The translations under genes and the position numbers were made by a program. A stretch of 64,000 nucleotides of DNA from Eledone cirrhosa (taxonomy: Eukaryota), in assembly GCA_964016885.1 (NCBI GenBank), contig OZ024763.1, positions 20,460,001-20,524,000 of the forward strand, written 5' to 3'. Positions 57,548 to 64,000 of this stretch are shown here, piece by piece (the first letter of the stretch is position 1; each line of letters starts with the position of its first letter). The notes below the pieces were generated by a model. That model worked only from the letters and a program-made list of their open reading frames with translations. It had not been told where the DNA came from and made no database searches.

Positions 57548-58207
57548 AGAAACGAAGCCTGCATGCTCCGATGGATGTGTAACAGTAATATACGTGAACG
57601 ACAAAGCATAAATGAATTGAGAGAGAGACTGAGCATAAGAGGAATCAAATGCTGTGTGCAGGAGAGGCGGTTGCGCTGGTATGGACATGTGATGCGTATG
57701 AAGGATGACAGCTGCATAAAAAGGTGCAGAGCACTAGAAGTTGATGGAAACCGCGGAGTGGGGAGACCCAAGATGACCTGGGATGAGGTGATAAAAGCCG
57801 ACCTTACCCAATTACACCTCTCAAAGACAATGACACACGACCGTGACTTCTGGCGTCACGCAGTAATACAGAGTACCCGACCTCCCATGGGTACAAGCTG
57901 AAGCATATAGACAATATGCCCCCACACCCCCCACCGCAAGGTGGTCGTGGAGGTGCCACGGCAAAAAAGCACCCAGCCCACACTGTAAAGTGGACGTGTA
58001 GGCGCCACGATAAAGCACCCAGCACTCACTGTAAATGAGGTTGGTGTTAGGAAGGGCATCCAGCTGTAGAAATCAAGCCAGATCAGTTCCTGTATGAGCA
58101 AGGCATGGTCAGCCGACCAGACACTGCACACAACAGGACAACCCGTCTAACCCATGCTAGCGTGGAAGAACGGACGTAAAACGGTGATGATGATGATGAT
58201 GATGATG
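57548..58207 (+). mobile_element. RTE LINE 3' fragment
   Basis: Near-identical to 21903-22550. (GAT)n tail. Confidence 0.9.
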
Positions 58208-59478
58208 ACACAATAACAAAATATAAACAAACGTATTTACTTCACGAGGCTCGAGATGGATAAATATATATCAAATATATAAGAATCCTAGAGCAAATCC
58301 CAAGCAACGCCGGGCGTTTCAGTTAGTTAATTATAAAACAACATGCTTTGCAGCATAGAGTTACAGCCCTTACATTCTGTGTGCAAAACCTGCCGAGGTT
58401 AACTTTGCCTTTCATCCTTATAGGGGTCGATAAAATAAAGTACCAGTAATGTACTGGGATAATTGATGGCCTTGTGCCAAAAGTAGAATTATTATTATTA
58501 TTATCATCAAAAAGGCGGTAGAGTGGCAGTGAAGAGTAGAGTGTTGGATACCATGCTTTGTGGTATGTAGTTACGACCCTTTAAGTTCTGAGTTCAAATC
58601 CCACCGAGGTTAACTTTACTTCTCATCCTTACGGGGTCAATAAATAAAACACCAGTAAAACACTGGGGTTGATTTATCGACTTTCTCCTCCTCCAAAATT
58701 GTTGGTCAATTAATTTTTTTCTTTATACCGTTTATACTTTTAATTTTTTACTTTTTTCTTAATGTAGTCATCATCAACATCGTCATCATCAACATCTTCG
58801 TTTAACATCCATCTTCCACGATAGCATGGGTTAGATGGGAGTTGTCCCACTTGAGGCAAGGTTGGTCGGGTGACCGTGTCTCGCTCATATAGGACTATCT
58901 GGCAGGTTTTCTACGGCTGGATGTCCTTCCTAACACCAACCACATTTGCAGTGTGGAACTGGGAACTTTTTACTGTGTTACCTACACGGCCACATTACAG
59001 CGTGGAGTGTGTGTTTTTTTTTTGTCATGACACCTACACGATCTCATTATCTCATTTATTTGGACTGGATGTTGTGGTAACAACTTTACAGAGAGAGGGT
59101 GGTCTGTACGTAATATATTTTCTCATGATTCATCTTTGTTTATTTACTAAACAGTCCAACTTTCATTACACTTTCTTGACCTCAATAGAAAATATTTTCT
59201 GTAACCTGATCTCCACTGTCGTGTAGATATTAACACTTAATCCTTTGCCCTCACCTCTGTAGCTGTTGTCCAATTGGCTCAAATACATGGTAGTATCTTT
59301 AACAAGATATATACAAGTACATCCCCCAAAATTCTTCATTAATTAATTAAAATAGTGTTCCTATTTAAATTAAAATCTTCCACCATAATTTCATATGAGA
59401 ACCTTACATTAAGTTACTATCTTACTAATGAAATGATTAATGATTTTAGTAAACATCTCAAAACCACCCAATTTAAAG

Positions 59479-59519
<41 letters not shown>

Positions 59520-59662
59520 ATTAAAATACTGGAGCGTGTTGGAGTTAAACACCCTCTTCGTATTATAGAAATGACAGTAAAAGGTATAGCTCAATGCAGT
59601 TAAACAGAGCCAAAAAATTAAGAGAGTAAAACAAAGAATCCTTTAATACATCAAAAGTTTTT

Positions 59663-59708
59663 ATTAGCCGACAATGTTTCGTCCTATTAAGGACTCATCA
59701 GGGCAATC
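59663..59708 (-). ncRNA. Type I hammerhead ribozyme, inverted copy of family A
   Basis: Exact reverse complement of 59878-59923 in the left arm of the palindrome. Confidence 0.85.
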
Positions 59709-59877
59709 AAAACAACAAGAAGTAATATCGGCAGATACAAGCCGGAAGCTCCGAAGAATATGGAGTGTACATACACTAAAGTCTTGCAAAACTTTAGTGT
59801 ATGTACAAGACTTTAGTGTATGTACACTCCATATTCTTCGGAGCTTCCGGCTTGTATCTGCCGATATTACTTCTTTT

Positions 59878-59923
59878 GATTGCCCTGATGAGTCCTTAAT
59901 AGGACGAAACATTGTCGGCTAAT
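59878..59923 (+). ncRNA. Type I hammerhead ribozyme, canonical core (family A)
   Basis: attgcc-CTGATGA-gtcct taat aggac-GAAAC att GTC-ggc(t)aat. All core nucleotides are present, with stem II (G-C first pair), a minimal stem III and stem I. Confidence 0.85.
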
Positions 59924-60229
59924 AAAAACTTTTGATGTATTAAAGGATTCTTTGTTTTACTCTCTTAATATATATATATATATATAGGCCTTGGGTGCAC
60001 TGCTGATTGCTTTTAGATGCCCTGTGTTATGCGCTGAAACATCTTGATCTCAGTTTTACAGCTGATGAAGGATTTCTTTTCTTCTCTTGTTTCGTCCATA
60101 CTGCCATCTTAAACTATATATATATATATATATATATATAAGCAAAAGGGATATTCAATTTGTTGGTAATTCAACAAATATAAATGTTTATAACTGATTG
60201 TTATGTCAATATTTATAAAACAAACTTTG

Positions 60230-60290
60230 TATTTTATCTGATGAAAGTGTACCAAAGTTTTGGTACCCTTGAAATATATATAATAGAATA
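60230..60290 (+). ncRNA. Type I hammerhead ribozyme (family B variant)
   Basis: tattttat-CTGATGA-aagtgtacca aagttt tggtaccctt-GAAatatatatA-atagaata. Stem II has compensatory changes relative to the 27094 copy. Confidence 0.7.
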
Positions 60291-60330
60291 AATATGGTTT
60301 TATAAATATAGTTTCCATTTATTTAATATC

Positions 60331-60397
<67 letters not shown>

Positions 60398-60398
60398 G

Positions 60399-60995
60399 TA
60401 CTAGCTAAAGTACTCGTCCTTTGGACGGTTCAAGTAGCTTTCGATGTAGTTCATTAAACTAAACAAAGTAAATTTGAATACATAGAAGAAAAACGTACTT
60501 TATGTAAACATGAAAACCTTAGGCACTATTCCAGCGAAATAATTAATATGTAAGCTTAGTGTCATCCGTTATCCCATGTAACAACAGAAATCCAGACTAG
60601 GTATACATTTTTTTGACAACAGTAAAACCTTTTGTTTCAAGTACAAAGAGTAAAGTAAAATTCGAATGAGCCGAATTGTAATAATCAAAATCAACAAACA
60701 AAATTTTTGACATCAAAAATGAGTTCCTATTGTATTGATGAAAGATAACTCTTGTCTTACTTAATCACGAAATATTGACGAAAGATAACTCTTGTCTTAC
60801 TTAATCACGAAAATTATCACAAATAACCGAAACTTTTTTAATGTCTCCAAAGGCCCCAATATCGATTTTTGAAAGCCTTTGTAGACCATGTACAGATTTT
60901 GTGCAAGGAGAAGCTCTGTAAAAAATTTCAAAGAAATCGCATGAATGGTTTAGAATATATGAGCCCTCATTAAAAATTGTCTACACACACATAAA
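60399..60995 (-). mobile_element. Non-autonomous Helitron/Helentron-like element
   Basis: The minus-strand end has a cgtcc/ggacg hairpin followed by CTAGT. A second Helitron-like 3' end (ccc..gcaacgccggg...gttagt) is at about 58298-58328. Confidence 0.45.
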
Positions 60996-61463
60996 TATGG
61001 TTGGTGTTAGGAAGGGCATCCAGCCATAAAAAACCTGCCAGATACAGCCCTATACAAACAAGACACAGTCACCTGATCAATCTTGCCTCAAGTTCGGACA
61101 ATTCCCCATCTAACCCACACTAGCGTGGAAGATAGACGTTAAACAATGATGATGATGATGATAATATATATAATATACCCTTGGACAACATCATATATAC
61201 TGTGTATGTGTGTATATATATATTTATTAAAATAACTGATTAAAGTTCAAGCAAAGAATCGCTGCTTTCACCCTTAACGAGATTCTTTGCTTAAACTTTA
61301 ATGTTATTTTAATAAATATTTGCTCTATTGTTCTTATATATTTGATATATATTTATCCTTATCGAGCCCTCTTTGGATTTTAGTCTTCACATTTATTATT
61401 ATTACTATTACTATCTATATATATATATATTATTATTATGTAATAAACAACATAAGGCAATTA

Positions 61464-61523
61464 TTCCATTTACCAGTGGTTTCTTAAAAGCAAAAGGTTT
61501 TGCTTTCAATCCTCAGAATGAAA
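61464..61523 (-). ncRNA. Type I hammerhead ribozyme (family C)
   Basis: tttcatt-CTGAGGA-ttgaaagcaaaa cc ttttgcttttaa-GAAACCA c TGGTA-aatggaa. It has a 7-bp stem I, a long stem II and a GUA site. Confidence 0.72.
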
Positions 61524-61629
61524 AATCCTGGTTTGTTTATTGAATATGGATTCTAAAAACGAAAATGCAATCTATATGAAAGTGAGGCTGGAAAAGGGAG
61601 AAGGAAAGGAAAAATAAAATAAAATAAAA

Positions 61630-61730
61630 CTACACATGCAAACACACACAAAAAAACCCCAAAGCATACTTACACACACACACACATATATATACACATA
61701 TAATTTGCACGCATACACACATACACATAC

Positions 61731-61781
<51 letters not shown>

Positions 61782-61890
61782 TACATACACATACATACAC
61801 ATATATATATATAAAAAGAGCGTACACCTACACACACATACACATATATATACACACATATACACATACATATATTCATACATACACACG

Positions 61891-61922
<32 letters not shown>

Positions 61923-62011
61923 TACATACATATACACATGTACATATCCATACATATATATATATATATATATACATATATACACATACATATACACACA
62001 TATACACATAT

Positions 62012-62049
<38 letters not shown>

Positions 62050-62449
62050 GTGTGTACAAGCCTACACATACACACACACATATATATACACACACACACA
62101 TATACATACATTCACACAAACATACAACGTACATACATACACATACATGAATGCACTCCACTACATATTAACACACGCAAATAAATATAAGAAAAAAATA
62201 TATAAATAATATTAACAAATATTTGACAGCGATACATGCCCCAGCTAACAGGACAGACACGCGTGGTAAGTAATACACACATAAGCGCATATACATACGT
62301 TCGAAATAGTAAACACATACACACACTCTCACACATAAATATACATATACAAATACATAAACACGTACATACACATACATACGCAAACACGTACACGTAT
62401 ACAATATAAACACACACATGTATATGTAATTATATACACACACACACAC

Positions 62450-62492
<43 letters not shown>

Positions 62493-63240
62493 CAAAAATA
62501 TAAAAATATAAACGCACACACACATATATAAATACGTAAACACACATATACATACATAGCTAAACAATTATACACATGCAAATACGTATATATCAAAAGA
62601 ACGCACAACCAAATACAAACACACATACATATATACACACACACACACCCACACACAAACCCACACATACATAAAAATAAATAAAAACACACGCAACATA
62701 TACATACATACACGTACATATACACATATACATACATACACATACATATATACATATACACATACATATACACAATATATACATACATATATATATATAC
62801 ACACGCACACGCACACATACACACATGCATACACATACACACACACATATACATGTGTGTATGTGTAAAGCTCAGTATTAGATAAGACAAATGAACCTTA
62901 CATAAACGTATATATAGTAGTAAAGTAATAAAGCCATACAAGGCAATTAATCCATTCACCAGAGGTTTCTTAAAAGCAAAAAAAGTTTCCTTCAATCTTC
63001 AGAATGAAATATACAAATATATACACACATACAGACACGCACACACACACATATATATATATACATATATATATATATGTGTACATACATATATATATAT
63101 ATATATATATACAGACATATACACACACATACACACACATACATATACATACATACAAACACATATATATACATACACAAACATATACGTACACATATAC
63201 ATATATACACACAAAAATACATACACATACACATAGGTAT
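61630..63240. repeat. Compound (CA)/(TA)/(TACA) microsatellite
   Basis: Direct inspection. Similar arrays at 900-1185, 6605-6990 and 24110-24530. Confidence 0.9.
62950..63009 (-). ncRNA. Hammerhead family C copy, probably inactive (GUG site)
   Basis: tttcatt-CTGAAGA-ttgaagg...cttttaa-GAAACCtcTGGTG-aatgga, about 400 bp downstream of the GIY-YIG ORF. Confidence 0.55.
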
Positions 63241-63404
63241 GTGAAGGGCAAAACAAAAAGAATATATGGGGTGGGGGGCCTAGAGGAGGTAAAAATATAT
63301 AAAGAGAGGTAAGGGAGAAAAAAAATATTTTTTAAATACAAGAGTACAGAAGGTAGAAGCAGCAAAATAAAAGCCGTAGCAAAAGTAAAGAGCAGAGAAG
63401 GAGT

Positions 63405-64000
63405 TCAAGGCGGTTGATTTATCGTAGGAGTGTCAATCCAGTTACAGATCAGATGCGATTTCAGATGAGGACAGCATCTGAAGATCTCAGTCTTAGAGTT
63501 AAGGCAAGCGGAAGTGTCTCTCAAGTTTAGCAAGATCCTATACTTTTCAGTGGTACACAAAGAACAATTCTTTGTGCCCCTTTGGTACTCCCTCGAATGG
63601 TCTAATATAGACCAATCAATAGAGTACGGGATATTACTATCCTTGAGATCCCATACCTTACTTGCGAGGGCCGTTGATGTTCGTTTATCTGAGTGTTTAA
63701 AAGAAGCGACATGTGAGTAAAATCTGGTTTTAAACCTGTCCTGGGTCATACCGACATATCGCTCGCTTCTGGCTGGCTGGTTGTTGATAACTGGCGTTAT
63801 TTTAGCCTCATAAACGACAGATTTTGTTTTACATTTACCCTGCAATGGGCATTCATCCGGCTTCCTGCAACTGCATCCTGGATTTATCCTCGTACGTTTT
63901 GAACTGGTGATTTTGGATTTCATGGATGGACAACAAGAGTAGCTGATCTTAACTACATTCCTATTAAAAATCTTATAATATCTATGAATAGGAGGAAAAT
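63405..64000 (-). mobile_element. Penelope-like retroelement 3' part, GIY-YIG endonuclease
   Basis: CSCRKPDECPLQGKC...SVVYEAKI...YVGMTQDRFKTRFYSHVASF...CSLCTTEK...LNSKTE...CPH is a PLE-type GIY-YIG with a Cys-rich linker. Confidence 0.85.

Larger units (their letters stand above)
59617..59969. repeat. About 350-bp near-perfect palindrome, Penelope-type inverted terminal repeat remnant
   Basis: Arms 59617-59786 and 59806-59969 differ only by a 6-nt indel. Followed by (TA)n. The mirror ORFs in the track reflect this palindrome. Confidence 0.9.

Noticed and set aside
59664-59922. Mirror-image 82-aa ORFs on both strands
   Set aside because: A consequence of the palindrome, with no coding evidence.

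Overview
Repeat-rich eukaryotic genomic DNA, most likely from an octopod cephalopod. That host call is inferred from the SINE, RTE and (TA)n/(CA)n landscape and is not proven. Three host genes are supported by splice-phase-consistent exons: the last two exons of a ZMYND12-like gene (+, 709-1984), a complete two-exon UQCR10/complex III subunit 9 gene (+, 7620-8877), and seven 3' exons of an SLC36 proton-coupled amino-acid transporter (-, 33687-56156; 5' exons presumably beyond the window). The rest is mostly transposon material: RTE, CR1, Tx1, CRE-like and R4-like LINEs, four tRNA-derived SINE families, two DD37D (maT) transposons, mariner/hAT/piggyBac-like MITEs, a tRNA-Trp-primed Gypsy remnant, Helitron ends, a Penelope GIY-YIG fragment and TE-derived satellites. 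The most striking unannotated signal is a set of about 11 type I hammerhead ribozyme motifs in about five sequence families, plus two degenerate ones. Several lie in perfect or near-perfect palindromic mini-elements, one family shows compensatory base changes, and two lie just downstream of the Penelope endonuclease. Most long ORFs in the track (YIYI/VCVC/HTHT) are microsatellite artefacts.
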